A DNA stretch of 62,520 nucleotides, the filler included, from Candidatus Methanoxibalbensis ujae (GTDB lineage Archaea; Halobacteriota; Syntropharchaeia; Alkanophagales; Methanospirareceae): assembly GCA_026134085.1 (NCBI GenBank). It is 5 parts of 5 records of this genome, joined end to end, with 100 filler letters (N's around TTAATTAATTAA, not from the genome) between each part and the next. Parts side by side here need not be neighbours in the genome. Positions count along the whole stretch, not along the records: positions 1 to 14,359 come from JAOQIN010000043.1; 4 more parts are not named here. One strand, 5' to 3'. Position numbers and translations under genes: made by a program. Numbering within the stretch: the stretch's first letter is position 1; the number at the start of each line of letters is the position of its first letter. This document shows, piece by piece, positions 1 to 10,413 of the stretch. The notes beneath the pieces were generated by a model. It ran no database searches. It was not told where the DNA came from and was given only the letters and a program-made list of their open reading frames with translations.

Positions 1-165
1 ATTATAGAAGAGGGAATTATACCCAAAATTCTTATTTTAACACATCCTCCGAACTGGCGAGATGGATTTGTAAATTGGGTGAAATGGCTTATGATACAGA
101 AAGTAAAGAACATAGGTAAGACTTGCCTGAAAATTTATTGGAAAAATTACAAAAATGAAAAATAG
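1..165 (+). CDS. 3' end of hypothetical protein (glycan-cluster, deacetylase-like), 5'-truncated by window
   Basis: Frame 1 is open from base 1 to TAG at 163-165 (…ILILTHPPNWRDGFVNWVKW…) and overlaps the start of the next gene. Confidence 0.55.
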   Translation: MIEEGIIPKILILTHPPNWRDGFVNWVKWLMIQKVKNIGKTCLKIYWKNYKNEK

Positions 166-1336
166 AAAAAATATTGGTGTTATGGTAATTGGAGATCATG
201 TTCAAGCATTGGGGATTATAAGAAGTTTAGGCAGACGTGGCATTCCCGTGTACCTTTTGCATGACAAACATCTCTGCATCAGCAGATTTTCTCGCTACAC
301 AAAGCAATTTATAAAAACACCAAAACCAAGCGATGAATCAAAATTTGTGAATTTCATGATTGAGCTTGCAAAGAAGAGGGGAGTGGAGGGTTGGATATTA
401 ATGCCTACAAATGATGCCGCAGTGTATACATTGTCGAGACATAGGGAGATTTTAGAGAGATATTATAGGGTCTCGACACCTTGTTGGGATGTTGTCAAAT
501 ATGCATATAACAAAAAATTAACTTATCAGGTGGCGGAGAAGATTGGTATTCCAATCCCAGAGACTTTTTACCCTGAGAATATAGAGGAACTGCATGAAAT
601 ATTATCTGATATTTGTTTTCCAGTGATAATAAAACCTGCAATAGTAGACCACTTTTACAAGAAAACAAAGAAAAAGGTGTTCAAAGCAAATACGAAAGAA
701 GAGCTCGTTCAAGCATATATTAAAGCATCTCATATCATAGATTCCTCAGAGATTTTAGTGCAAGAAGTGATTCCCGGAAGTCCTGACAATTTGTATTCCT
801 TCTGCTCTTTCTTTAAAGACGGAAAGGTTATGGGAATGTGTATAGGCAGACGGAGAAGGCAGAGACCTATGGACTTTGGAAACGCAAGCACTTTTGTGGA
901 GAGTGTATATGTGCCTGAATTAGTAGATTTGGGAAAGCGTTTGCTGAGGGCGATTGGTTACTATGGACTTTCGGAAATTGAATTTAAAAAAGATGTCAGA
1001 GATGGTGAATTTAAATTACTGGAAATAAATGCAAGGACATGGTTATGGCATAGTTTAGCGATACGGTGTGGTGTGGATTTCCCTTATCTTTTATATGAAG
1101 ATTTGAGAGGAGAGAATTTCAAATTAAGGACATTTTTTAAGGAAAATGTTAGATTTATACATATTTATACAGATCTGGGAGTTGCTATTATGGAGATATT
1201 AAAGGGAAATATGACATTGAGAGAATACTTATCTTCTTTGAAAGGAGAGAAGGAGTTTGCAGTTTTTTCGTTTAACGATCCCTTACCTTTTATCGCAGAG
1301 ACATTGATGCTTCCTTATCTGTGGAAAATCAGGTGA
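155..1336 (+). CDS. ATP-grasp carboxylate-amine ligase (D-aspartate-ligase-like)
   Basis: Motifs ALGIIRSLGRRGIPV, FPVIIKP, LVQEVIPG and EIEFKKDVRDGEFKLLEINAR. Confidence 0.85.
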   Translation: MKNRKNIGVMVIGDHVQALGIIRSLGRRGIPVYLLHDKHLCISRFSRYTKQFIKTPKPSDESKFVNFMIELAKKRGVEGWILMPTNDAAVYTLSRHREILERYYRVSTPCWDVVKYAYNKKLTYQVAEKIGIPIPETFYPENIEELHEILSDICFPVIIKPAIVDHFYKKTKKKVFKANTKEELVQAYIKASHIIDSSEILVQEVIPGSPDNLYSFCSFFKDGKVMGMCIGRRRRQRPMDFGNASTFVESVYVPELVDLGKRLLRAIGYYGLSEIEFKKDVRDGEFKLLEINARTWLWHSLAIRCGVDFPYLLYEDLRGENFKLRTFFKENVRFIHIYTDLGVAIMEILKGNMTLREYLSSLKGEKEFAVFSFNDPLPFIAETLMLPYLWKIR

Positions 1337-1341
1337 AAAGC

Positions 1342-2163
1342 ATGGAAATTATCCTTATTATCTTCATAACATCGATTTTAATAGCGATGATTATATCAAA
1401 TTTTGTTGCAATAAAAGGATTCTTAGGCATAAAAGTTGGAATTGGGGGGGGATTGGTGGTTGGAACTGTTTCAGGATTTATCACAACTTCTATTTACTTC
1501 CTTATACATGAGTTAAATTTCTTTATAATAGCGATAATTGAGATGTTTACAATTATTTTTGTGGGAGTATTTGGAGTAATGCTTTTATTTTATAGAGACC
1601 CAGAGCGAATGCCTCCGGATGAAGGTGGAATAATTGTTTCACCTGCAGATGGCTTTATTAGATATATAAGGAAATTTGAGAGGGGAACTATACCTGAAGC
1701 TATTAAAGGCAAGAGCAATATCTCAATTAAAGAAATAGCAAAAACAGATTTAATTGATGGTAGTGGCTACATTATAGGGATTACGATGAGGATCTTAGAT
1801 GTGCATGTTAACAGGGCACCAATTTCGGGAAAAGTTATTTTTCAAAGATATATAAGGGGAAAATTCATGTCATTAAAGTCAGCTGAATCTGATGTTCTGA
1901 ATGAAAGGAACACGATAATAATTGATACTGGAGATTTCAGGGTAGGAGTTGTGCAAATAGCTTCACGAACTGTCAGGAGAATAGAATCATATGTTAAGAT
2001 CGGGGATAATGTTCGAATAGGACAAAGAATTGGGATGATTAAGTATGGATCACAGACGGATTTGATTATTCCTCATATAGAAGGATTGAAGATACTATGT
2101 AAAGAGGGGGAAAATGTTTATGGAGGAATATCAATAATTGCGAGATATGAAGATTTTACATGA
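1342..2163 (+). CDS. Phosphatidylserine/archaetidylserine decarboxylase family proenzyme with N-terminal TM segments
   Basis: FYRDPER, IVSPADG, DVHVNRAP, NERN and G-M-I-K-Y-G-S-Q-T-D self-cleavage motif. ATG 1342 follows AGGTGA. Confidence 0.85.
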   Translation: MEIILIIFITSILIAMIISNFVAIKGFLGIKVGIGGGLVVGTVSGFITTSIYFLIHELNFFIIAIIEMFTIIFVGVFGVMLLFYRDPERMPPDEGGIIVSPADGFIRYIRKFERGTIPEAIKGKSNISIKEIAKTDLIDGSGYIIGITMRILDVHVNRAPISGKVIFQRYIRGKFMSLKSAESDVLNERNTIIIDTGDFRVGVVQIASRTVRRIESYVKIGDNVRIGQRIGMIKYGSQTDLIIPHIEGLKILCKEGENVYGGISIIARYEDFT

Positions 2164-2615
2164 AATTAATCAGAAAAATATGCCGTCAATTTGCAAACAT
2201 CTGTTTTCCAAATTCGCTCAGAGTTTGGTTATTGAGATGCAGCGGTGTCAAAATAGGGAAAGAAGTTTACATTGCAAATGGTTTTACATTGGAATGTGAT
2301 CTTGGGAAGGAACATTACCTATGTATAGAGGATAGAGTATCAATAGCATCTAATGTCACTATAATTATAACATCTACTCCAAATAGTTCAATGCTAAGAA
2401 AATACAATGTAGAAAAGGTCGGTAAAGTGAGAATTAAACACGATGCGTGGATTGGAACTGGAGCTATCATACTTCCGAATGTAACAATTGGTGAATTCTC
2501 CATTATTGGAGCGGGTGCAGTTGTTACAAAGGATGTGCCACCCTATACTGTGGTCGCCGGAATCCCTGCCAGAATTATTAAAAAGATTAAAAGTATAAAT
2601 GAAGATTTTAGTTGA
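2160..2615 (+). CDS. Hexapeptide-repeat (LbH) sugar O/N-acyltransferase
   Basis: AWIGTGAIILPNVTIGEFSIIGAGAVVTKDVPPYTVVAGIPAR. Confidence 0.9.
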   Translation: MKLIRKICRQFANICFPNSLRVWLLRCSGVKIGKEVYIANGFTLECDLGKEHYLCIEDRVSIASNVTIIITSTPNSSMLRKYNVEKVGKVRIKHDAWIGTGAIILPNVTIGEFSIIGAGAVVTKDVPPYTVVAGIPARIIKKIKSINEDFS

Positions 2616-3690
2616 TGTAGAGCATCCAGCACATGTGCATTTTTTTAAAAATATGATATGGAAATTAGAAGAAAAGGGACATGAAGTAAAAGTCGTTGCG
2701 AGAGCTACTGATACTACATTAAATTTACTAAATGCTTATAAATTTAAATATAAGAATCTTGGTAAACATCGGAAGAACTTGTTCAGCAAGATTGTTGAAT
2801 TGATTATAAGAGATTACAAATTATATAAGATTGCTAAAGAGTTTCAGCCAGATATATTGACAAGTGTGGGTTCAGAAAGTATGGCACATGTTTCCCGATT
2901 AATAAGGAAACCACACATAGCTTTTGAGGATACGGAGCACGCTAAATTGACTATTTGGTTAACTAATCCATTCTCGGATGTGATTTGTACTCCTTCATGT
3001 TTTAAAAGAGATTTGGGCAAAAAACAAGTTCGATACAACGGCTATCATGAACTTGCATATCTCCATCCCAAATATTTCAAACCTGATCCAGGTGTTCTGG
3101 ATGATTTGGGGTTGAATAAAGATGATAAATACATAATTATGCGATTAGGTTCATGGTCTGCAAGTCATGATATTCGCTCAAAGGGCATCAAACGAGGGTC
3201 GGAATTTGTATTTGTGAAGTCCTTAGAACGGTATGGTCGTGTTTTTATCTCATCAGAAAGGACACTTCCAACTGAACTTCAAAAATATAGATTAAACGTT
3301 CGTCCTGAAGACATACATTCTGTATTATATTTTGCACAACTATATATTGGTGAAGGGGAAACAATGGCGGTAGAATCTGCAATATTGGGAACACCGGCGA
3401 TAGATATAGAAGCAATAAAATTAAAACAAGGCATATTTAATGTAACTGCTATCCACGGAAATGCAGATGAATTGGTCAATAAATATAAATTAATGTTTGC
3501 ATTTACGGATCAAAATCATGCTTTAGAAAAGGCAATAGAAATTTTAAAAGATGATAAATCAAAAAAGAGATGGATGAAAAGGAGAGAAAAGCTTTTGGAA
3601 GATAAAATAGATGTCACAAAATTTATGATAGAGTTTATAGAGGAATATCCAGAAAGTTTTTACAAATATTGCAAGAATAGAGGTACATAG
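2599..3690 (+). CDS. DUF354 family protein (GT-B-like)
   Basis: MKILVDVEHPAHVHFFKN, YNGYHELAYLHP and GEGETMAVESAILGTPAI. Confidence 0.85.
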   Translation: MKILVDVEHPAHVHFFKNMIWKLEEKGHEVKVVARATDTTLNLLNAYKFKYKNLGKHRKNLFSKIVELIIRDYKLYKIAKEFQPDILTSVGSESMAHVSRLIRKPHIAFEDTEHAKLTIWLTNPFSDVICTPSCFKRDLGKKQVRYNGYHELAYLHPKYFKPDPGVLDDLGLNKDDKYIIMRLGSWSASHDIRSKGIKRGSEFVFVKSLERYGRVFISSERTLPTELQKYRLNVRPEDIHSVLYFAQLYIGEGETMAVESAILGTPAIDIEAIKLKQGIFNVTAIHGNADELVNKYKLMFAFTDQNHALEKAIEILKDDKSKKRWMKRREKLLEDKIDVTKFMIEFIEEYPESFYKYCKNRGT

Positions 3691-3695
3691 AATAT

Positions 3696-4787
3696 ATGAG
3701 CTATAAAATTCCTTTAGGGAGACCATTCCTTGGAAAAGAAGAAATAGCAGCCGTGAGAAAAGTCATGGAATCCAGACTAATCGCATGGGGCAATAAAGTA
3801 AAAGAATTTGAAGAGATGTTTGCAAAAAAAATAGGTAGGAAATACTGTGTAATGGTGAATTCTGGAACATCTGCATTATGGTTGGGTATGAAAGTATTAG
3901 GACTCAGAAATGCAGTGATTATCCCCACACTTACATGTAATGCAGTTCTGAATGCTGTATTAAATGCAAGATTACATCCTATTTTTGCAGATGTGGATGA
4001 AGAAACACATAATATTGATATGTCTTCAGTTCCAGAAAAGCAATTAGAAGAGGCTGATGCGGTGATTGTAACTCATACGTACGGACACTCTGCTAATATG
4101 GATACGATTAATCGTTATGTAGAAGAGTATAACTTAACATTAATTGAGGATTTTGCTCAAGCGACAGGGGGGAATTTTAGAAACAAAAAATTAGGATGTT
4201 TTGGCAAGATTTCAATCACAAGCTTTTATGGTCCAAAGCTCATGACAACTGGATATGGAGGAGCAATATTAACTGATGATATAGAAGTGTATGAAAAATG
4301 TATTTATATGAGAGGAGATAACCTTAATAAATACTATCCTGGTTTAATCCCAATGAATATGCGAATGACAGATATACAAGCTGCTATTGGTATAATTCAA
4401 TTAAAAAAATTAGATAAAATGGTGGAAATGAGGCGGAAAATAGCAGAAAAATTGAAGGAATTGCTGCATGATACAAAACTCAAACTACCTGTTGAGAAAG
4501 GATATGCTAAACATACATATTACAAATTTGCTATAATTCTACCAGAAAACATGAAAAAATCAAAATTTATAGAGAAAATGAAAAAATTAGGAATTACTAC
4601 TGGAAAACTTTATGATCCACCGTTACATAAAACAAGGACTGCTATGGATATATTAAATATCACGCTAAATCTTCCAATATCTGAATATTTAGCTACAAGA
4701 ACAGTATCATTACCGATATATCCAGAACTCAGTGAGGAAGATATTATAAGAATTGCAAATTGTGTAAAATTTGTGATGGATGATTAA
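3696..4787 (+). CDS. DegT/DnrJ/EryC1/StrS PLP sugar aminotransferase
   Basis: NSGTSAL, IEDFAQA, SFYGPKLMTTGYGG (PLP Lys) and SLPIYPEL. Confidence 0.9.
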   Translation: MSYKIPLGRPFLGKEEIAAVRKVMESRLIAWGNKVKEFEEMFAKKIGRKYCVMVNSGTSALWLGMKVLGLRNAVIIPTLTCNAVLNAVLNARLHPIFADVDEETHNIDMSSVPEKQLEEADAVIVTHTYGHSANMDTINRYVEEYNLTLIEDFAQATGGNFRNKKLGCFGKISITSFYGPKLMTTGYGGAILTDDIEVYEKCIYMRGDNLNKYYPGLIPMNMRMTDIQAAIGIIQLKKLDKMVEMRRKIAEKLKELLHDTKLKLPVEKGYAKHTYYKFAIILPENMKKSKFIEKMKKLGITTGKLYDPPLHKTRTAMDILNITLNLPISEYLATRTVSLPIYPELSEEDIIRIANCVKFVMDD

Positions 4788-5426
4788 ATGTTCTCAATAA
4801 ACACAATTATAGTATTAAGTCCACATACAGATGACGGGGAGATTGGAGCGGGAGGCACGATAGCGAGATTTGTAGAGGAAGGGAAGGAGATATATTATGT
4901 TGCGTTTTCAAGTTGCGAGGCATCAGTGCCGAAGGGATTCCCTGAGGATGTATTGAAGATTGAATGCAAGAAAGCAACAAGTATTCTGGGTATTAAGCCT
5001 GAAAATGTTATCCTGTTAGAATACGAAGTGAGAACTTTCCCGCTACATAGGCAGGAAATTCTTGATGAGATGATTGCTTTGAATAGACAGATTGAGCCTG
5101 AATTGGTGTTGGTGCCATCTTCAAATGACATACATCAGGACCATCAGGTGATTTATGCGGAGGCGTTGAGGGCATTCAAAAAGAATGCTTCAATATGGGG
5201 TTACGAGCATCCATGGAATAACTTGACCTTCACAACTGATATCTTCGTTAAATTAGAGGAGAGGCATATAAAAAAGAAGATAAAAGCGATAAAACAATAT
5301 GAATCGCAAAATTTCCGCTTTTATTTTGATGAGAAATATATAAAAGCATTGGCATACATGAGGGGAACACAAGTAGATTATCCTTTTGCAGAAACTTTTG
5401 AATTAATAAGATTGTTAGTGAGGTAG
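4788..5426 (+). CDS. PIG-L/LmbE family N-deacetylase
   Basis: SPHTDDGEIGAGGT and DIHQDH metal motifs. Confidence 0.9.
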   Translation: MFSINTIIVLSPHTDDGEIGAGGTIARFVEEGKEIYYVAFSSCEASVPKGFPEDVLKIECKKATSILGIKPENVILLEYEVRTFPLHRQEILDEMIALNRQIEPELVLVPSSNDIHQDHQVIYAEALRAFKKNASIWGYEHPWNNLTFTTDIFVKLEERHIKKKIKAIKQYESQNFRFYFDEKYIKALAYMRGTQVDYPFAETFELIRLLVR

Positions 5427-5428
5427 AA

Positions 5429-6127
5429 ATGGGAAAAACAGTTGCCATACACCAACCCAATTATTTACCTTGGATTGGATTTTTTCAGAAAATAGCAGCA
5501 GCTGACATATTTGTTATATTAGATGTTGCCAAATTCACGAAGAATGGAATTATACACAGGAATAAAATTAGAACAAAAGAGGGTTGGATATGGCTCACGA
5601 TTCCCATAGAAAACAAATATAAAGGTGTTGCTATTAAAGATGTTTACTTACCAGAAGATAGGAAATGGTGGGGTAAACATTGGAGGTTAATAATGGGAAA
5701 TTATGGAAGAGCAAAGTATTTTGCAGAGTATAAAGAATTTTTTGAAAAGATATATTCTGAGAAGAAATATACTAAATTACAGGAATTAAATGAAGTTATT
5801 ATATTTTATTTGTTTGAATGCTTTGACATTCGTCCGAAGATTATAAAGAGTAGTGAATTAAATTTAGATTTATCTTTAGCGAAAACAGATCTGAATTTAG
5901 AGATCGTGAAAAAAGTAGGGGGAGATATTTATATCTCCGGTATGGGTGGAAAGAAATACTTGGAGGAAGAGAAATTTGAGAAGGAGGGAATAGAAATAAG
6001 ATATTTTGAGTTCAGACCTTTTGAATATCCACAGAGATGGGAGGGATTTGAGCCTTATATGAGTGCAATAGATTTACTGTTTAATGTAGGCGAAAAAGCA
6101 AAGGATTTGATAAAAACGAATTTATAG
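5429..6127 (+). CDS. WbqC family protein
   Basis: IHQPNYLPWIGFFQK, HRNKI, YISGMGGKKY and SAIDLLFN. Confidence 0.9.
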   Translation: MGKTVAIHQPNYLPWIGFFQKIAAADIFVILDVAKFTKNGIIHRNKIRTKEGWIWLTIPIENKYKGVAIKDVYLPEDRKWWGKHWRLIMGNYGRAKYFAEYKEFFEKIYSEKKYTKLQELNEVIIFYLFECFDIRPKIIKSSELNLDLSLAKTDLNLEIVKKVGGDIYISGMGGKKYLEEEKFEKEGIEIRYFEFRPFEYPQRWEGFEPYMSAIDLLFNVGEKAKDLIKTNL

Positions 6128-6132
6128 AGTCT

Positions 6133-7575
6133 ATGAGTCAGGGAGATATTTCAATACATCATGGGAATCTTGAACCATTGAGAATCTACGGTATAAACCA
6201 TTTTATGCAAAAATATGGAATTCAATTCAGTTTCAATACTGAATCCAAAATAAATATCGTGTATGGAGACACTTCTCAAGGTATAAATGGATTTAATATT
6301 TACATAAGCAAAAATGAATTGGGAGAGGGTATTTGCGGTTATTTAAGGATTGAGGATGAAAAGGTGCCTTTATTTGAGAAACCCATGAGACTGGATGAAA
6401 GTGGTGATAACTTAGTGGTGTTTGTTGATAACAAAGGGGATGAATATCCCTGTGTGGTGCTAAATAATAACAGTATAGCAGTCGGTTTTGATATTTTTAA
6501 TGAAGTAGGACATATATTGACAGGATATTTGGAGCATTTCTGGAAAATGAAAGAAAATAAACATGAAAAACTTGCAAAGATACCCATGGTGGATTATTAC
6601 GAGAAAATATTATTTGATTGTCTCTTGTTTGCCTCCCGAAGATTGAATCTCTCTTTGAAATACAAACCTTTCTGGCCTGATGGCAAAAAATTCGCAGTTT
6701 GCCTGACGCATGATGTTGACCGTGTGCATAAATCTTACCAATATATCACTCATTTTGTAAGAAATATAGGAAGAGGAGATTTTCGCTCAGCAATGAACCA
6801 AATCACATCTGTTGCGAGGAAACTGCATGGAGATGAACCCTACTGGAACTTTGACAGAATAATGGAAATTGAAAGGAATTTAGGGGTGAAATCCACCTTC
6901 TTCCTCCTGAACGAGCAGAAGAAAGTATGCATTTTCTCGCCAAACGGATGGAAACTATATAGGGGAAGATATGATATAAAAGATAAAAGGATTGTGGAAG
7001 TGATAAAAAAGTTAGATGCTGAAGGTTGGGAAATAGGCGTTCATGGCTCTTATAACTCTTACCGAGATTTTGATATGATGAAAGGGGAGAAGGAGACACT
7101 TGAGGAGATATTGGGTAAAAGGGTTCATGGCATCTCGCAACATTACTGCAATTTAGAGATACCATTAACATGGGAATATCATGAAAAACTCGGATTCTCG
7201 TATGACGCTTCTCTTGGATTCGTCACAGATATTGGGTTCAGATGGGGGACATGCCATCCATTTCATCCTTTTAATCCCGAAAATGGCAGGATATTATCTC
7301 TATGGGAATTGCCAATCATAATAATGGACAATGCCTGCGCTTATAAAAGCTGGCAGGATATAATGGAAATCATAAACACTGTTGAAAGATATAATGGTCT
7401 CCTGCTTTTGCGGTGGCATCAAGCTGTGTTCAATGAGCGAGAGTTCCCTGGAAGGTCAGAGATTTACAAAAGGATAATAAAGGAGTGCATAAAGAGAGGT
7501 GCGTGGATAACGAACGCATATAATATAGCAAATTGGCTGACGGAAAGAGAAAGACATATAAATACTCATGCATGA
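6133..7575 (+). CDS. Polysaccharide deacetylase (CE4/NodB-like) with N-terminal extension
   Basis: CLTHDVD, STFF, EIGVHGSY, YDASLG and LRWH. Confidence 0.85.
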   Translation: MSQGDISIHHGNLEPLRIYGINHFMQKYGIQFSFNTESKINIVYGDTSQGINGFNIYISKNELGEGICGYLRIEDEKVPLFEKPMRLDESGDNLVVFVDNKGDEYPCVVLNNNSIAVGFDIFNEVGHILTGYLEHFWKMKENKHEKLAKIPMVDYYEKILFDCLLFASRRLNLSLKYKPFWPDGKKFAVCLTHDVDRVHKSYQYITHFVRNIGRGDFRSAMNQITSVARKLHGDEPYWNFDRIMEIERNLGVKSTFFLLNEQKKVCIFSPNGWKLYRGRYDIKDKRIVEVIKKLDAEGWEIGVHGSYNSYRDFDMMKGEKETLEEILGKRVHGISQHYCNLEIPLTWEYHEKLGFSYDASLGFVTDIGFRWGTCHPFHPFNPENGRILSLWELPIIIMDNACAYKSWQDIMEIINTVERYNGLLLLRWHQAVFNEREFPGRSEIYKRIIKECIKRGAWITNAYNIANWLTERERHINTHA

Positions 7576-8950
7576 TCGTGTGGAGGAAATGCATCCATTA
7601 GCAGTAAGGTATGTAGTATATCCTGTGTATAATTTCATACAAGGATTGAAAGGATACAAAACGGCGAAATATGAAAAGGAGCTGATGGAGAGCCAATGGT
7701 TCACGCCTGCTCAGATAGAGGAGATACAACAGGAGAAATTGCGATTGCTGATTGAGCATGCATACAAGAATGTGCCTTTTTACAGAAAGTTATTTGATAA
7801 ATTGAAAATAAAACCGAGCGATATAAAGGACATAGAAGACTTGAACAAATTACCTTTGTTGAGAAAGGAGGACATTAGGAAAAACATTTCTGCATTTGTT
7901 GCAAAAAACATTCCGAGAAAAAATTTGAAACCGATGATGTCAAGTGGAACAACAGGAAAGCCTCTCAAACTTTTCAAGGACAAAGACAGGGATGCATGGA
8001 GAGCTGCAGCACGGCATCGCATACAAAAAGTGCATGGATTCGAACAAGGCGATAAAATAGTCACGATCTACGGTTATTCGTTTCCTCGCAAACACCTTTT
8101 CCAAGGTGCATTTCTCAAGATATTAAGGAACGAATGGGTTCCCTACGGATACGATTTAAGTGAAAAAATGATAGGAGCATTTGTAAAAGAATTGGAAAAA
8201 TATAAGCCTGATTTCATAAGAGCATGGCCTTCCTCTATTTATCCGCTTGCAGAATTTGCGGGAGATAATGAGATAAATCTCAGACCCAAGAATATCTGGC
8301 TACATGGTGAGGTCTTATTTAAATTCCAGAAGAGATTAGTTGAGGAGAATCTCGGCTGTGAAATTTTTGATGTGTTTGGGTTAAGAGAGAGCTCCGTTTA
8401 TTCCTTTGAATGTCCAGAACACACAGGGTATCATCTTGATGCTGAAAACGGAGTTATCGAAGTCTTAAATAAAGATGGAGAGCATGTATCCCGTGGTGAG
8501 TTGGGAGCAGCAGTGTTCACAGATTTCACAAATTTCGCCACTCCATTGATAAGATATGTGTCGGAAGATATAGTAGTGTATGCTGGTGGAAGAAAATGCC
8601 CGTGTGGGAGGGGTTTGCCGTTGGTGATAAAATCAATAGAGGGGCGATTCAGCGATTGCCTATCCACAGATAACGGATTTGTGCTTCCCAAAGTTGTTGT
8701 AGATTTGTTCAGTAACATAAAGACAATCAAAAATTTTCAGGTTATCCAAAAAGCGAAAGATAAAATATCAGTCAAGGTGGAGAAGAAGCCGGACTTCTCT
8801 TCAAGCGATGCCGATTTTATTATAGGCGGTATTCAAAAATTTTTCAAATCAGATGTCAATATTGAGATAGAGTATGTTAAATCAATTCCATTAACTGCAA
8901 GCGGTAAGAAGCGATTTGTTATCTCTGAGGTGCCACCAAAATTTATATAA
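7568..8950 (+). CDS. Phenylacetate-CoA ligase family (CapK-like adenylate-forming enzyme)
   Basis: HAYKNVPFYR, SSGTTGKP, PLIRY, CPCGRGLP, IEGR and SGKKRFV. Confidence 0.88.
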   Translation: MHDRVEEMHPLAVRYVVYPVYNFIQGLKGYKTAKYEKELMESQWFTPAQIEEIQQEKLRLLIEHAYKNVPFYRKLFDKLKIKPSDIKDIEDLNKLPLLRKEDIRKNISAFVAKNIPRKNLKPMMSSGTTGKPLKLFKDKDRDAWRAAARHRIQKVHGFEQGDKIVTIYGYSFPRKHLFQGAFLKILRNEWVPYGYDLSEKMIGAFVKELEKYKPDFIRAWPSSIYPLAEFAGDNEINLRPKNIWLHGEVLFKFQKRLVEENLGCEIFDVFGLRESSVYSFECPEHTGYHLDAENGVIEVLNKDGEHVSRGELGAAVFTDFTNFATPLIRYVSEDIVVYAGGRKCPCGRGLPLVIKSIEGRFSDCLSTDNGFVLPKVVVDLFSNIKTIKNFQVIQKAKDKISVKVEKKPDFSSSDADFIIGGIQKFFKSDVNIEIEYVKSIPLTASGKKRFVISEVPPKFI

Positions 8951-9008
8951 CTGACTCGTTAGGATTATTTGAGGAAAAAATAAGGATCGGGATAGAATAA
9001 AAAGAAAA

Positions 9009-9806
9009 ATGAGGAAATTTTTAAGGCATGCGAAATGGTGCTTTCTGGGCAGAAAACACATCAGGAACTGGCTCCCTCTGATATTTAAAGTTAAAGGAGC
9101 AAATGGGTTGCAATTAGCGAAGTTGGATGGCGTAAGTTTGCTTTTCAGAGGGTGGACTGACGACCTCTCGATCATGATGAATATTTTCGCTTTCGGTGAA
9201 TATCGCAGGTATTTTCCGTTCAATCAGACAGCAAGAATAATAGATATCGGCGCCCATAATGGATACTTTTCAATATGGGCTTTTATTAACACGAATAGCG
9301 GGTCGAAGATATTCTCTTATGAACCCGTTCCCGAAAATTATGAAATCGCCTTAGACAATATAAGAATTAACAACATCAACAATATAAAATTATACAATAA
9401 AGGTATTTCAGATAAGAGGGGCGAGTTGATACTATATTTTGATGAAAAGCATACAGGAGGTCATAGTGTATATAAAGAAAAGGTGATGAAATGTGGTGCG
9501 GAGAAAATGTCGGAAATAAGTGTAGAATGTATAACCTTGGAAGATGTATTCAATGAAAACGGGATAAAAGATTGTGACTTTTGTAAGATAGATTGTGAGG
9601 GGGCAGAATTCGACATTTTGTTGAACACTCCAGAAGATATTCTACAGAAAGTAAAAGTCTTTACTATAGAATTTCATGAGTTCGGTGGTCATAATGTGAA
9701 TGAACTGGTGAATTTATTTGAGGAAAATAATTTTCAGGTTGAGTTCAGTTACAGACCTTCCTCATTTGGCATCAGATATGGAATGTTATATGCGAGAAAA
9801 CTTTGA
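9009..9806 (+). CDS. FkbM family SAM methyltransferase
   Basis: IIDIGAHNG, SYEPVPEN and KIDCEGAE. Confidence 0.9.
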   Translation: MRKFLRHAKWCFLGRKHIRNWLPLIFKVKGANGLQLAKLDGVSLLFRGWTDDLSIMMNIFAFGEYRRYFPFNQTARIIDIGAHNGYFSIWAFINTNSGSKIFSYEPVPENYEIALDNIRINNINNIKLYNKGISDKRGELILYFDEKHTGGHSVYKEKVMKCGAEKMSEISVECITLEDVFNENGIKDCDFCKIDCEGAEFDILLNTPEDILQKVKVFTIEFHEFGGHNVNELVNLFEENNFQVEFSYRPSSFGIRYGMLYARKL

Positions 9807-9903
9807 TAACTCAGGAAAATTGAAACGAGCGATATCATATATACCAGCACTGATACCTGCTTTTATTTCAACTTTATCGTGGAAGATTTTTGCGAGGGGG
9901 GAT

Positions 9904-10413
9904 GTGAGCGTGATGACCGCAATTAAAATGCGGAGAAGTATAAGGCATTATAAAGATAAGCCTGTTGAACGGGAGAAGCTCAAAAAAATATTGGAAGCGG
10001 GGAGACTCGCGCCTTCTGCTGGAAATATGCAGGAATGGAAATTCATTGTCGTCAGCGATAAGAATACGAGAGAGAAGCTCGCAATGGCTGCGCATAGCAG
10101 ATTTGTGGTGGAGGCGCCGCTTGTAATTGTGGCATGTGCGACGATTACTGATTGCGTTTTGGAATCAGGACAGCTCGCATATCCGATGGATGTTGCGATT
10201 GCCGTTGACCATATGACGCTGAAAGCGGTGGAAGAGGGTTTAGGAACATGCTGGGTCGGCGACTTTGATGAAAGAAAAGTAAAAGAGGCGTTGAATATTC
10301 CAGATGATGTCAGGGTTGTCACGCTTCTCACACTCGGATATCCAAAATATGTGCCAGGTCCGCGGAAAAGGAAGAAATTAGAAGAGATTGTCGCATATGA
10401 GAAGTGGTCATGA
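9904..10413 (+). CDS. Nitroreductase family protein
   Basis: RRSIRHY, APSAGNMQEWKFIVV and GLGTCWVG. Start moved from the ORF-track 9718 to GTG 9904, which follows GAGGGGG. Confidence 0.88.
   Translation: MSVMTAIKMRRSIRHYKDKPVEREKLKKILEAGRLAPSAGNMQEWKFIVVSDKNTREKLAMAAHSRFVVEAPLVIVACATITDCVLESGQLAYPMDVAIAVDHMTLKAVEEGLGTCWVGDFDERKVKEALNIPDDVRVVTLLTLGYPKYVPGPRKRKKLEEIVAYEKWS

Noticed and set aside
9718..9903. N-terminal extension of the nitroreductase
   Set aside because: Overlaps FkbM and has no family resemblance; SD-preceded GTG at 9904 fits better
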